The notes beneath the pieces are model-generated. The model searched no databases, was not told where the DNA came from, and saw only the letters and a program-made list of their open reading frames with translations. This document shows positions 1-15,496 of a stretch of DNA of 64,000 bases, piece after piece. Numbering within the stretch: position 1 is the stretch's first letter; each line of letters starts with the position of its first letter. Both the position numbers and the translations under genes were made by a program. Source of the DNA: the human T2T-CHM13v2.0 reference genome, Homo sapiens; assembly GCF_009914755.1 (NCBI RefSeq), contig NC_060926.1; one strand, written 5' to 3'.

Positions 1-571
1 GAAGATGAGTTTTAGTTCTTAGCACCAATACAACAAATGATGGGATTTGAGGTTTAAGTGCCTAAGTTTAAGGCTCTCATATAATAACTCTTAATTTCTT
101 TTTGTGTCGGGAAAAGAACAAACTCTTGCCTTGAATTAACCAGTTATTTTAAAAAATCATAGACTTCTGTCATTAGAGGAAACGGCCTGAACTCCATTAC
201 CAGGTGACTTTTTAGCTTTAGTGGGTGGCACATGGGACTGTCTGTGGTGTGCCATCTGCAGTGCGCAAGCCATTTGTTTCTGGAAACAGTCTCACAAGCA
301 ATGATTCTGGTGAGTTTAGAAATGAATCAGGATGTGCTAAGCTCAATGAGGACTCATTAGCCTTGGATAATGTGATTCTATAAATGAACAGAATGGAGAC
401 GGTGAAGACTCAGGAGTATAGAGAAAATAGGATGACACTGGAAGCTAGGCTGATTGGTGGGAGTTTTGGAATCAATGTGCTTCAACTATTAGTTGATTAA
501 GCATATAGTTGAATTAGTAAAGAGTGGGAGACTTGCCCCTTGACTGTGTGTTATTAAAAAAAAAAAAGCTA

Positions 572-875
<304 letters not shown>

Positions 876-934
876 CTATCTTGAGTACTGACATGGTCCA
901 CCATCTCCTTTATGTACATTTCCTCACCTTAATT

Positions 935-1060
935 TTTATTTTGCATGTGCATGGAGAGGTTAAGTAACTTGCCTAAAGACACATAGCTAGGAAGCAACTG
1001 GAGAAACCAAGTGTTAAGGCATTTCAGTCCTGACTTCTAAGTTTAGCTCTTAACCTTTTT
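935..1060 (-). mobile_element. MIR fragment
   Basis: GAGAGGTTAAGTAACTTGCCTAAAGACACATAGCTAG is the reverse of the MIR core. Confidence 0.7.
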
Positions 1061-1157
1061 GCCAGATTGTTTCCCAGGGTTTCGACAGGTTTGGTTGGTA
1101 GGTAAGATGTGGTTTGGCAGAGAGAAGCTGTGAGGGTTTAGGGCCAGGGCTGACAGT

Positions 1158-1245
1158 GGGAAGGTGGGGGTGGGGGGGTGGGGGGGAGTGGAAGGGTGGG
1201 GGATGGGGGGTGGGGTGGTGGTGGGGTGGATGGGTTAAGGGTGGG
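1158..1245 (+). repeat. G-rich low-complexity tract, potential G-quadruplex
   Basis: About 12 runs of G3-G7 separated by short loops. Confidence 0.85.
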
Positions 1246-1329
1246 ATTGAGAGGCAAAGGAGGTGCTGAGAGGAGCAGAAGTTGCCAGTCCTGAAGCTTT
1301 CCTTTTTCTCTACTTTCCTGTGTCTTCCT

Positions 1330-1473
1330 CAGAGCCTCTCATACTCTAATGTGCACTCAGTCATCTTGGGAGCTTGTGAAAATGCAGATTCTGATTTCAG
1401 TGCATCTGGGAATCTGCATTTCTAATATGCTTCCCCAGTGATGCTACTGTAATTCCATACTTTCAATAGTAAG
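1330..1473. mobile_element. MER5-family (hAT-Charlie) MITE
   Basis: Internal palindrome AAATGCAGATTC...GAATCTGCATTT and MER5-like ends. Confidence 0.7.
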
Positions 1474-2330
1474 GAGTAGTAGGGCAAAGAAGTTAGCATG
1501 GGAAATGTTGGTAGTTCACTGGAACACAGCTGCTAGGGTGGGTTCTTTGGACTAGGGTTATGCCTTATCCATGTGGTGTAAAGTGTATTGGGTATCTGTA
1601 CATTCAAATCAATGATTTTGTGAACAGATTACAACTTTCAGTTGGGACTGTAGTCTTTCTGAGGCTCACAGGATGTTGATGTAGGAAGAGGTGTTAGAGA
1701 ATGTGTAGCTCAACCCCTTAGCTTACAGAGAGTGAGGGACTTTGTGGCCTAGTCAGAGCTAGGGTTGCAGATCTGGCCTCTTTTATGCTCTTCATCTGTC
1801 TGGGTTGGGTTGGAAGGCAGTGCAGTGAAGTGCTACTGTCTTCCCCCCTACTATTTGATGATTTGGTGACATGACAAGGTCATAAATGGATTATGATTCT
1901 CAAATTCCATTTCAGTTTGTAGTACATTTCCTGAACAAAAGTAAGTGTTTGAGACAGTGAATGAATAAAAGGGCTGGTTTCTGGGTGAGGTGGCTCACAG
2001 AGTTGGTCAGAGGCCGGGACTGCCCCTAAGCCATGGCAGTAAGTTTCTAGTGAAAATAGATGACAACCATTTTGGTGTTTTGGAGAAGGCAGCAGACCCA
2101 GACAGTGGCAGGCTTTTAGGCAACAGCTGTGTTTTGAGGCCCCAGGAAAGAGGGGGAAAGTGGGCAGGTGTAAGTACAATCAGGGAGAAACTGGGGAAAG
2201 ACTTTTAGGCAAGCTTTTTGGTTCTTGATTATGTGGTCTCTCTTGCACCTAGGAAAGCAGACAGTAAAATGCGTCGTGTTGGAATAGAAAATTCAAGCGC
2301 CTGATTGTGAGAATAAGAGTTCAAAAAGGG

Positions 2331-2669
<339 letters not shown>

Positions 2670-2786
2670 TTAAAATGCTGTTGAGAAAGAAACAAGGAAA
2701 AAAAATGTCTGGACAGAGATTTGTACAGCACAGTTGTACTTAAGTGTTTGTGTTTTTTGGGGCAGTGGTGGGTAAGGTCAGTGGTG

Positions 2787-3003
2787 TTTTTTTTTTTTTT
2801 GAGACCCCTGTCGCCCAGGCTAGAGTGCAGTGGCATGACCTCGGCTTGCTGCAACTTCCACCTCCCAGGTTCAAGCCATTCTCCTCCCTCAGCTTCCTGA
2901 GTCGCCGGGATTACAGGCGCCCGCCACCACACCTGGCTAATTTTTTTGTATTTTTAGTAGAGACAGGGTTTCACCATGTTGGCCAGGCTGGATTTGAACT
3001 CCT
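2787..3003 (-). mobile_element. 5'-truncated AluS
   Basis: Poly-T, right arm and part of left arm; TSD TAAGGTCAGTGGT on both sides. Confidence 0.95.
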
Positions 3004-4006
3004 TAAGGTCAGTGGTTTTTACATTGAAGTCCTGGACTATAGAATGATAGTTCTGGAAGGAGCTTCAGAGAGCCTCTATGCATCTCCCTCGTTTTTCCTG
3101 GAGAAACCTCCAAGGACCCAGTGAGGTGGAAGGACTGACTGGCTAAAAGATCTGTCAGCATATAGTAGACTGCCAGATGGACCTTCATATTTTTGCCTCA
3201 GATGATTAGAGGACACTCTGGGTTTCTCTCATCTTACTCGTTAAAACAAAATACAACACTTTTACTGAGTGCCCTTTATGAGCGGGCACTGATCTTTTTA
3301 TCATTTTTCTTTGATTTTTAGATTGTGCTTTCTGAAAATTCAGATATTCAAGTTAAGTAATCTTTTGTTACTGTTTTCTTGATGGGGAATAATTACTAGA
3401 TCTAGCTCTTGTAGGTCTTAATTTGGAAAAACAAGTTGAATTATCGCTGAATTTTTGGTTTAGGCATAGTTGATCACATATTTTGCATTTTGTTGCATCA
3501 GGTCAGTCTTTAGAGAATAACATTTTTAATACTTCATTTTCCTATGAGTCACATTAATAAAAACCACATTTAAAATTTTGTCCTTTCAAAGCACTGTACT
3601 GTGGCTGAATTGCATTTAGCGCTACTCATAGGATTTTTACTAGCATTAATTCAGATCTTCCAGTTATTTGAAAGTAGAGAAAAAACATTCCCATTTTGCA
3701 AATAAGCTTTTACAATTGAGTTTCCACTATAGAACATGTCAGTAGACTATGAGGTTTAAAAAAGAGAATAAAAACTGATACTAGAAATTGTCAATACATC
3801 ATACAATACATTGATACAGAGATAATCCCTTAAGGCAGACTTGAGAATTCAAAATCCACTTCTGAATGGCTTTGGAGAGGTGCATTTTTTTTTTCTCTAG
3901 GGCAGTGTGAAAAACCATTTCCAAAGAGGAGATTGCCCGTTTTGTAAAGGAGGGATAGCTGATTGGGCAGGACAAGAAAGAGCCTGTCTGAAATATCTTT
4001 GAGTAG

Positions 4007-4335
<329 letters not shown>

Positions 4336-5489
4336 CTTGCTTTTTGTTTTTACTAAAGCCTTTCGACCCACCTGCTCAGAAGGAGGTGGTAATTGGTTGA
4401 GAATTCAAGAATTGTTAAAAAGCAAGGGTGTGTTTTCTTCAGCTTTCCCTAGCAAATATAATATTTAGAGCAGAGCCAGCCCCTGCAAATCCCCTAAACC
4501 CAATAAAAGCCAGCAAGACAATAAGCCCATCTTCAGCTGATAGCAACTTCTTTGGCTAGTTGTATTCCCTAACTCCTGCTGCAGCTGATGAACAGAGTGC
4601 CTGCTGAGACCTTCCTGTGGGCCTTGAACCTCACCTTGGTTTACAATAGAGGAAGATAGTAGGAGAGAGAAATCTGAAGGAAAAGTATGGTAGAGGCTCT
4701 CAGCTCTGGTACATCTTGGTATATCTTGGGGAGCTTTAAAGTCTCACTATAAAGCAGAGAGTCCTAACCATGTCTGTAATTTGCAGTCACTTGAGGAGGC
4801 AAGAAAAAGATTGATGCCTTTGCTGCAACCCCAGGATTGGGTATTGGGGTTTTCGTAACCTCATGGATTATTCTGATGTGCCTTTGAGCTTTTAAACCAT
4901 TGAATTTGGACATTATCTGTCTACTGGAATTGGCCAATTTTGGCCCTGCAACTCTGATGAAGGGTGAATTTGAAAGTTTTTGTGAATTTTTCTCTCGTTT
5001 TGTTTCTTTTACCTTCATTTATGATAGCCCAATTTTGGGAAGCAGATTCAGTTCACTGTAGAAATTTGCTTCTTAGCTAGTTTTATATTTGAGAGAAAGA
5101 GGTAAATAAAGGTCTGCATTTTTATTTTCTTTCCCTCGTTCTCCCATCCCTGCGATGGAAAGATCATGAGTTACAGTTGATTTTCTGATTAGCTTAAAGT
5201 TTTCAACTAGGATTATGTTGGAAGTCCTTCCTTTGAGAGTGTATTGTTTTCACAGTTTGTAAAGCCCTTATCTCATAAATACAACTTTATATGTAACTTT
5301 ACTAGAGGTCACTTTCTAAAGGATACCTGTGTTGTTTTTGGAGGAAGAGGCTTCAGAAGGCTAAGGACTAAAATTTTGGTTTCAGAATTTATTTCCTATC
5401 CATGTTCTCTACGTTGTACATAATCACTCATAGTTGAGTTGAACTTGCATACATCAAACATTGGCACTGTAGTAGCAGTATACAGCATC

Positions 5490-5859
5490 TGTATTAGTCC
5501 ATTCTCACACTGCTATAGAGAACTCCCTGAGACTGGGCAGTTTAGAAAGGAAAGAGGTTGAATTGACTCACAGTTCCACATGGCTGGGGAGGCCTCAGGA
5601 AACTTAAAATCATGGCGGAAGGCAAAGGGGAAGCCAGACATCTCCTTCACAAGGCGTCAGGAGGGAAAATGAATGCAGGAGGAACTGCCAAACACTTACA
5701 AAACCGCCAGATCTTGTGAGAACTCACTCACTATCACGAGAACAGCATGTGGGAAACACCCTCATGATTCAGTTACCTCTACCTGGTCTCTTCCTTGAAA
5801 TTTATGGGGATTACAATTCAAGATGAGGTTTTGGATGGGGACACAGCCAAACCATATCA
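5490..5859 (-). mobile_element. THE1-family (ERVL-MaLR) solo LTR
   Basis: TGTATTAGTCCATT...GGGGACACAGCCAAACCATATCA termini; 5-bp TSD GCATC at 5485-5489 and 5860-5864. Confidence 0.93.
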
Positions 5860-7427
5860 GCATCTTATTGAGGATGTTCCCCTCCTTTTTGCATATAATG
5901 CAGACATCTCACTGTATAAACTAATACGCTAGTAACATATTGTAAATATTTGTACTAAGTGTAGGAGAGAGTTGCTGAAGATGTTTAGATGCATATCTTA
6001 CATGGTAAGGGTAAGAAAAATAGGCTTTGGATAAGCAGAGACGGTAGATAAAGTAGGTTCTAATTTGCTTTTTGCCCAACCTCTGGAGAACTGTGAGAGT
6101 CACTGTTTGTCTTCTGTTGGGTTTGGCTTGAGAAAGCCTCTCTCCTTGTGTAGCTTGTGTGCCTTGAGTGGCTGAGCTCCTGGGCCAGAATCCAGGTGAG
6201 TTCTCAGTAAGGGTAAGTCTAGAGTTTTCACATTAAGAAGCTTAGAAATGATCTTTTGAAGGTTTGAAGTATTAACTGCTTGTTTTTAAGTACTTTTTGT
6301 TGCTAGCCTTGCTTTGTTTTCTACACTTTGAGAGAGATTGAGAAGAAACCATAAACTGGTTTGATGGAGTTGAGTAAGCTCTTGACCCTAGAATTGGAGG
6401 AGGAGATTTTAGGTTAACTAGTGAAACTTCTTGTTTCGGTTCGGGAAACCCTCTCACAGCATTTCATGTCAGTCCTTTGCCCTTTTCTCTTGCAGACTCC
6501 TAGGGACAGGGGCTCCTGGCCACCATTGTTTACTATATCACTCACAATTAGGAAGGTCGGCTGACATTTTCTTCCCTGTAACTTCTGCTCTAGTAAATGA
6601 TGACTAGCCAGATAGTGAAAACCTCAATCATGTTTCCCTAAGGCTTCTTAGCTGTAGACTGAGCATCTTTAGTTCTATGTTTGACATGTCTTTTTTTCTG
6701 TCTTACATGATACTTATGGATGTGCTTTAGTTTGATGATGACTTATTTAAAAACGGTGGTGCTTGGGGATGGACCCAGCATTCCAGCCAACCAATCAGTG
6801 TGCAATGTCCTGTGCACTTGCTTGCCAGGTTCTGGACACTGGAACAACCTAAGATGACAGGCAAACAGGCAAAGCTGTGAGGTTAGTGAGTGGCAGTTTC
6901 TCAAGGGGCCAGGAGGAATTTCCCTCAGTAGTAGTACACTGGCAGGATTAGTTATCTTGAGCCAGATCGTGTCATCTATTTGGGCCTCAGGTTCCTTTTA
7001 TACAAAAGGAGGGATGGGTCAGTATGGGCTGTCATTCCTCTTTAAAATGTTGAGTGCTTTCAAAAGGCAGCCGTTTCTGAAACCTCTAATACAGGGATTT
7101 AACAGAAGGTGATTGGGATTTATTGGGCTCCTGGTTCCACTCAAAGGCTAATGCCAGTGTTTTAGGTCTTCATTTGTCACTTGGTTTGGTATTTCTGCCA
7201 CACTTTGCACATTCTGATTTCTCTCTTAGGAGGGAATGAAAACAGGATCAGCTTTGCCTTTAGAACTTAAGGAATATGTAGTTCTCTTCCACCTGTGGGT
7301 GATTCGCCTTGAGAGATTACAAAACAAAACATTCTAGTACTACTCCTACATAGCTCTATGGATGAGGCCCAGAAATCTGTATTTTTTTAAAGCTGGCAAG
7401 TGACTGCATAGCCAGGTTTGGGAAGTA

Positions 7428-7745
7428 TAGTTATGTGCACATAAGGATGTTTTAATCCATGATGTACCTAAATGATGGTGGTCCTATAAGATTATAATAT
7501 TGTTTTTTACTCTATGTTTTCTGTGTTTAGATATGTGTAGATACACAAATTATAAATAGTACTCAGTATATTGACATACTGTGCAGGTTTGTAGCCTAGG
7601 AGCAATAGCTAGACCATGTAGCCTTGGTGTAGAGTAGGCCATACCATTGAGGATTGTGGAAATGCACTCTGTGATGTGATGTTTCTCACATGGATGACAT
7701 TGCCTTTCACAGAACGTGTCCTCATCATCAAGCAACACGTGACTG
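7428..7745. mobile_element. Tigger3/MER7-like TcMar DNA transposon
   Basis: GGTGGTCCTATAAGATTATAA and GGTTTGTAGCCTAGGAGCAATAG motifs, degenerate TIRs, TA flanks. Confidence 0.85.
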
Positions 7746-7784
7746 TACTAATTTTAAAAGTATTTGCTTCTTACAAATAGTGAA

Positions 7785-8030
7785 GTGTTTGCAGATAGCA
7801 TGGTTTATACCTAGAATTTGCTTCAGAATAGCTCAGTACAAGGAAGAGGTGTGGGTAGGAATAAAGATGAAATAGATGTAGCCATGCTTTCATAATTAGT
7901 CAAGCTATAGCGATAGGTGCACAGGGTTCATTCTTCTAATGTCTACTTTTGTTGTATGCTTGAACTTTTCCAGACTAAAAGATAAGCAAAAAAACAAAAA
8001 CAAAAACAAAAAAAAACCAAAAAACAAAAC
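7785..8030 (+). mobile_element. Old L1M 3' end with (CAAAA)n-like tail
   Basis: GGGTTCATT...TCTACTTTTGTTGTATGCTTGAACTTTTCC resembles L1MC/ME 3' UTR, followed by an A-rich tract. Confidence 0.6.
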
Positions 8031-9390
8031 ATATGTTTTGTTTTCTGAAATCATTTACTCTTGTCTGTTTTGTTTATTCTATAATCACAAAAGGTAAATG
8101 GTAAGGTATGTACCATACTCATCTCATTTAAGACTGACGTGAATTACATCCCTTGCATAATCAAGCCTTTTCCCTTGGCCTCTGCCTTGGCTCTGTGTGG
8201 TACACTTGAACTGTGGGGTGAGTGGAATGTCATGATGGCCATCACCATTTTGGCTTCAAGTCTGTAAGATGACATGAAGCTAGACATTCTCTCACACAGT
8301 GCCCTGTGCCACAGTCAGCATCTCATCAACACTTTTGAGGTGTGACAGGAATGCTCTGGTTGGTGCATGTGTGGCTGGTGACTTGAGGAGGAGCCAGGAG
8401 GTCCATGGGCACATCATGGTCTCACATGGCATTCTGTCCTCTTCAGGGCAGGCTCTGTAGTTGATGTGGTGGGTTCCGTCTCTTCCACATAAACCTACCT
8501 TGTCTTCCCCTTACAACCTATTTTTTTGTGGCCACTTCACGTTTATTTTGGCAGAAATCTGGATAAAAGCTGAGTGTTCTTATGAGTCTCCTGCATATCT
8601 AGTGCCCCCTGTCGGGGATCCTTTATTTGGAGTGTCTTTTAGCTTCACTGCTTCCTCAGGTTGGGTATTGCTGCTAGAATGAATGTGGACTTTGGCTTGG
8701 GATAACTCATTTAGCCATTTCATCTCTTACTCTTTACTGTGAAGATAAACCAATCAAATTGATGTCTGTGTTAGTTGCAAATTTAAGAGTTTTGAAGCTG
8801 CTTGCAGCTATTCACTTTGAGAGTTCAGAATTAAAAAGGGTCTTTGCACTTATTTCTAGTGATTCAAGGACTTTTGCAGAATTTTGATGACTGCTTCTGA
8901 ATTAAGGTGGATTTAAAAACTGATGTAAGCATCACTGTCCTCACAGGCTAAGTGGTCTGTCATGGGTGGTTAGACAGGTAAATGTGGACACTGTGCCACA
9001 GAGAACTGCCAGCAATTAATTTATGAGCCTTCTTTCTTCCTTAGTATTTTAGTTTTGATTTTATTGTTGACTAAAGGTCCATTATTACTAGTTAAGTATC
9101 AGCTAATATTCATGAATTATCTGAGTTAGTTGCAGGCCTCTGATGGTTAGTAAGTGGCCCTCAGTTTACTTTTCTCTCCTGAAGTTGGCCTAGTTTAGCT
9201 GATGCTTTGTATTTCATTATCAAGACCTCAAATTTTACTTAGAACTAACTTTATTTTGGACTTAAAGAGCCTTAATGGACAGGAGTATAGAATATATTCC
9301 TTAAACTACATGGGAAAGAGCAAAATGTTTTGTGGTTTGTTTGGCTGGATTGTTTGACATGAGGTAGAAGAGGAATTCATTTTGACCCTC

Positions 9391-9785
9391 TCAGTCCTTT
9401 TTCTGTTGCTCATAATAGAATACCTGAAACTGGGTAATTTATGAAGAAAAGGGATTTGTATCTTACACTTGTGGAAACTGAGAAGTTCAAGAATAAGGGA
9501 CCAAATCTGGTGGGGGACTTTCTTGTTGATGGAGGCTCTCTGCAGAGTCCTGGTGCAGGGTATCACCTGGCGAGGGGGGTGAGCATGCTAACTCATGTCT
9601 CTTTTCCTCTTGACCACCAGTCCCACTCCCATGATAACCTATTAGTCCATGAATGGATGAACCCATTTATGAAGACAGAGTCCTCATGGCCCAGTCATCT
9701 CTTAAAGGCCCCACCTCAATATTGCCACATTGGGGATTAAATTTCAATATGAATTTTGAAGGAGACAAATATTGAAGCCATTACA
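9391..9785 (-). mobile_element. MST/MLT1A-type MaLR solo LTR
   Basis: ACTGGGTAATTTATGAAGAAAAG...CTCTTAAAGGCCCCACCTC...GGGGATTAAATTTCAATATGAATTTTG; CCCTC on both flanks. Confidence 0.85.
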
Positions 9786-10159
9786 CCCTCTCATAGCTTT
9801 CTGATGAGTTTTCTAACATGTTTGGATGGTGTAGATGGTCTGTAGAAATGCAAACAGTGAAAACACTTAGCATTTACTCATGTAGTACCATCTTCAAAAA
9901 GAAAAGGATTTGCTTCTGCAAAACTCAGTGGACTGTATTTTAAAGCCGCTATGAGAGTTTACAAAAAATGTTATTTCCACAAATACTATTAATATAATCT
10001 CAAAATACCCAGAAGTATAAAGAACCTTGTATAGTCAGTGAGGTTGTCTTTTGATTGTAATTGCAGAACTCCCTAAAGATAAAGCCAATAATATCTGAAA
10101 TAAAATGGTTTTTGTCCAACATAGATTACCAAGTAAATGGCCTGTGAGTCTGTGTTTTA

Positions 10160-10639
<480 letters not shown>

Positions 10640-10820
10640 TTAGAAGGTTGTCATGGCTTGCTCTCATTAAATAACTGAGGAAACACCCAGGTTACCTCTT
10701 TAAGTACAGGCTAAGTAAGTAATCTCCCTATTTCCCAGTCTAGAATGCTCTTGAAGCGTGGATCCCAAAGTACAGATTGTCATAGCATATTTCTCTGCAG
10801 CATGCTAGCAAGATTTTTAT

Positions 10821-10985
10821 CAGTGGTTCCTCTCCCCTGGGGGGCTTGTTAGACATAGATTACTGGGCCCCATCCCACAGTTTTTGGTCCAGTAGTTCTG
10901 AGGTAAGACTGAGAATCTGCATTTCTAACAAATTATGAAGCACTGCTGAGGCTACTTACTGGTCTGGAGACCACACTTTGAGATA
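10821..10985. mobile_element. MER5A MITE
   Basis: CAGTGGTTC...CTGGGCCCCATCCC...GAGAATCTGCATTTCTAACAA...GACCACACTTTGAGA. Confidence 0.8.
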
Positions 10986-11115
10986 AAATTATTTGAGATA
11001 ATTTTAATCACCTGGGAAGCTTTCCTCTCAACATTTTATTATGAAAAATTTCAAACCTATAGTAAAGTTGAGAGGTGTAAAATGAATACCCACCTCCTAG
11101 ATTTTATAGTAACAC

Positions 11116-11417
11116 TTTTTTTTTCTTTTGAGATGGAGTCTCGCTCTGTCACCCAGGCTGGGGTGCAGTGGTGCAGTGGTGTGACCACAGCTCAGTGCAA
11201 CTCTGCCTCACAGGTTCGAGCAGTTCTTCTGCCTCAGCCTCCCGAGTAGCTGGGACTACAGGCGTGCACCACCATGCCTGGTTAATTTTTGTATTTTTAG
11301 TGCAGACGGGGTTTCACCAGGTTGTCCAGGCTAGTCTCAAACTCCTGACCTCAAGTGATCCACCCACCGCTGCTTCCCAAAGTGCTGGGATTACAGGCGT
11401 GAGCCACCGTGCCCGAC
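11116..11417 (-). mobile_element. AluS
   Basis: Full reverse dimer with small GTGCAGTG duplication; no TSD seen. Confidence 0.95.
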
Positions 11418-11669
11418 AGATCCCCTAGTTGATTTTAATGTGCAACATGTTTGGAGACTAGCTCTAGCTGCTCCTATATCTTGTAGTATGTGAGAGAAAC
11501 TGATTTATATTCAGAAACCTGGCAAAATTAAGAATAAAATCAATCTGTTGACATGAAGAAAAATTGGTGAGTGTTGCACAAATGTTCAGTTTCAGGAAAT
11601 TGTGAAGATGTAATGAATGAAACAGATGAAAGCAGAAGCAACTTAAGAGTTATGGCTCAGAAAATGATT

Positions 11670-11736
<67 letters not shown>
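11670..11736. repeat. Compound (GA)n(GT)n microsatellite
   Basis: Direct reading. Confidence 0.98.
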
Positions 11737-11738
<2 letters not shown>

Positions 11739-13375
11739 TGTTCCCACTCTCCCTCCCTATCCTTTTTTCCTGTAAGGCCTTCCCTGGAAATCTGCTCGAT
11801 GTTGTAGAAGACATTATACTCAGAAACTATAGTTTTTATTTAATATTATGCTTACAGTCTCTTTTCTTTTATTTTTGCCAGCTTTTCACAAAGTGACAGA
11901 GTGGACAGTGCTCCGTAGTACAATCTATTTGTGTGCAGTACAGCCAGTTTATTTGGTCAAGACTAGCATCTTTTAATTGAATAGAAAATAGAGTGCATCA
12001 CATATGCTAAGAGTGTTTTGTGAAACCTTTATTTTGGTTAAAAATACATGTTATAGGTGTCTTGGGTGGTGGTTTTAACTGTATTTTTTATTATAGGCTG
12101 CAGTCAAGATAGTTTGAAAGCTACTGTACTGGGAGATGCTAGGTTCCTTTTAGCAAAAGTGAAGAATGGTTTTAAAAAATACACTTTGAAACAACTGAAT
12201 AAACATTTATTTTGAAATGAGATCCAGCTACATTGCCGACTGTTACCTGCAGTGTGATCCTCTTTTTGTTTTGTTCTGGTTTGGCTCAGGGCCTCACTAT
12301 GTCTACACCCCTCCAGGTAGCTCCTCTTGCCCACATGTGTCTAACTGAGGACCCACACCACCCGCTCCTTGATTTGGCATTCCTTGTCTCCAAGCCAAAG
12401 GTCCTTCTCTGGTGAAATCTTGTTACAGCTCCTGTCTTCTCCATCTGACATACTCTGTTGGTTCTCTGGGTGTTTTCCTCTCTTGAGGGTTATCTTGACT
12501 AGCTTTGAGGGCAGGTTTGTGTTTCCTGCAACCCTCAGCACAACATCAGATGGTGTGTAAAGATGCCAGGAACCTGTCTTTGTGTCTCCTCCCGCAGCTC
12601 CGTGGGGCCTTCATGAGTGCTCCAGCATGAGACGGAACATCTTCCGTGGCAGCTAGAGTTAGTCCAGGGGCCCTCTCCTTAAGATGCGTCAGTGGACCTA
12701 GGACGGGGGAAAGTAAAGGCTTATTATAAGGTTTCGATTCTGCTTCGTTCATGTACTTTGTATGTGAAACCTTTTTTCATATTCTTAGTCTTCCTTCTTT
12801 GAAATGGCTATATGGCTTTCTGTCAGGATTCTGGAATAGTTGGTAGATGGTCTTTGGGATTATATTCATGATTTAAAACTCCTTTCCTGCTTTGTGATAT
12901 GATCATGAGTCTGGGGTGGAGAAGTTTGTAAATGGGGGCCAGCTCCCCACGACTGGAAACTGAAGGGCACACCTTCTGTCTTGCCCCGCTCTCCTTTTTG
13001 GGGTTGTGGTAGGGACAGTTTTTCAGATCATATGTTGGTTATAGCAAAAGAAGGCAGAGGTTAAACTCATGGCTAGCTAGTGGCAGAGACACCCGTGTTT
13101 AAGAAGGTTGGGTGGGGGAAGGAGCTGGTGCCCTATTGTCCCGTGGGTCTCTATTACAGACACCAGGTCACTAACTCCAGAGCTCTGGTGGGATGAATGC
13201 CCAGCAGCACTGGACAGGTGTTCGGTACGGGGTTATTTCTGTCACCTCCAGAGCACATTCACATGGCTTCAGTAGGGTTAAGCATACGTTTTTGAATTTT
13301 TCCCCTTAAGACTATTACAAATCCTTAAAACTTAATTCCTGTGAATCACTTTGACTTAGAAATATGTTGAATAGT

Positions 13376-13669
<294 letters not shown>

Positions 13670-13712
13670 AGTTGAATAGTATATATTTATATTGATTTGA
13701 ATGTGACAGTAA

Positions 13713-14025
<313 letters not shown>

Positions 14026-14086
14026 GACAGTAATTTTTTAAAAATTATTAAGCAAAGAGCAGAGAATGATCTTAAAAAATGAAATG

Positions 14087-14379
14087 GGCTGGGGGTGGTG
14101 GCTCACGCCTGTAATCCAAGCACTTTGGGAGGCCAAGGTGGGCAGATTGCCAGAGCTTAGAAGTTTGAGACCAACCTGGGCAACATGATGAAACCCCATC
14201 TCTAAAAATAAATACAAAAATTACCCAGGCGTCATGGTGTACACCAGCTACTGGAGGGACTGAGGTGGGAGGATAGCTTGAGCTCAGGAGGTCAAGGCTA
14301 CAGTGAGTCGTGTTGGTGCCACTGCATTCCAGACTGGGTGACAAAGGGAGACCCTGTCTGAAAAGGAAAAAAAAAAAAA
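14087..14379 (+). mobile_element. AluJ
   Basis: GAGGTGGGAGGATAGCTTGAGCTCAGGAGGTCAAGGCT (J-type right arm), GAGACCCTGTCT, A tail. Confidence 0.93.
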
Positions 14380-15198
14380 GATGGAGGGGAGGGGTAGGGG
14401 AAAATAAAGGGAATTTTGAAAATAAACCAGAATAATGCACCCTGTTCCTGTTTTTCATTCACTCAGGATTCCTTTTAAATGAAAAAGTTTTGGTTCCTGG
14501 ATACCTTTTGGTTAGTGGATACGTTTCTTTTCTCTTTTCAGAAATAACTAGGAAAATTGTTAAAAGTCCCATAATTTTGTGTGGATTTACCAATATTGTG
14601 AACCCTTCCCTTAATTTTGAATTATTCTTCAGAATTGGGGAGGTGAAGCTGGTTCTGCAAGTTTTTATGGTAACATGTATGTAAAACAACACTGAAGGAG
14701 TAGGGACGGATTTTAATATAATTTAGTATTATTTATAAACTCTGTGGGAGATGAAATGGGCTTAGAAAACCCACAGAAGTAGCTGGTGTGTAATTTACCA
14801 TGGCCCTGGGGCTGAAGTAACCCACACAACCTTCCCTCATAAACTTTCCAGAATTTATTTAGGTTATGTTGATTTTATTCCTTTGAGAACTGATTACCCC
14901 TCAGGAGTGTAATCAAGATGGGCTTGTGTGGGGTGGGGCCAAAGGGAGAATGGCAGGCAACCATTCAGAGAAAGTGGTTTTACCATCTCGAGGTGAGTAA
15001 TGTTTAAAGTTTTAGCTGCTGTGAAGTGGGATGCTATAAAATTCGGGGGAGTTTTCCTTCTACCCGGTTTCATTCCCCGCTCCCCTAGCCCCATGCAACT
15101 GCATTTCCCCTCTTCTGTGCTGAGGGAAAGAAAAGCTGCCTCTCCTTTCTTGGTTTTGTAGCATGGCTTCCAGTACCTGTTAGTCATCTCCTTGCTCC

Positions 15199-15496
15199 TT
15201 TTTTATTTTTTTTGAGACAGAGTCTTGCTCTGTTGCCAGGCTGGAGTGCAGTGCAGTGGCACCATCTCGGCTCACTGCAATCTCCGCCTCCTGAATTCAA
15301 GCTATCTCCTGCCTCAGCCTCCTGAGTAGCTGGGACTACAGGCTCACACCACCATGCCCAGCTAATTTTTGTATTTTTAGTAGAGACAGGGTTTCACCAT
15401 GTTGGACAGGATGGTCTCGATCTCTTGACCTCGTGATCCGCCTGCCTCGGCCTCCCGAAGTGTTGGGATTACAGGCGTGAGCCACCGCATCCAGCC
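15199..15496 (-). mobile_element. AluSc-like
   Basis: GATGGTCTCGATCTCTTGACCTCGTGATCC; TSD CTCCTTGCTCC. Confidence 0.95.
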
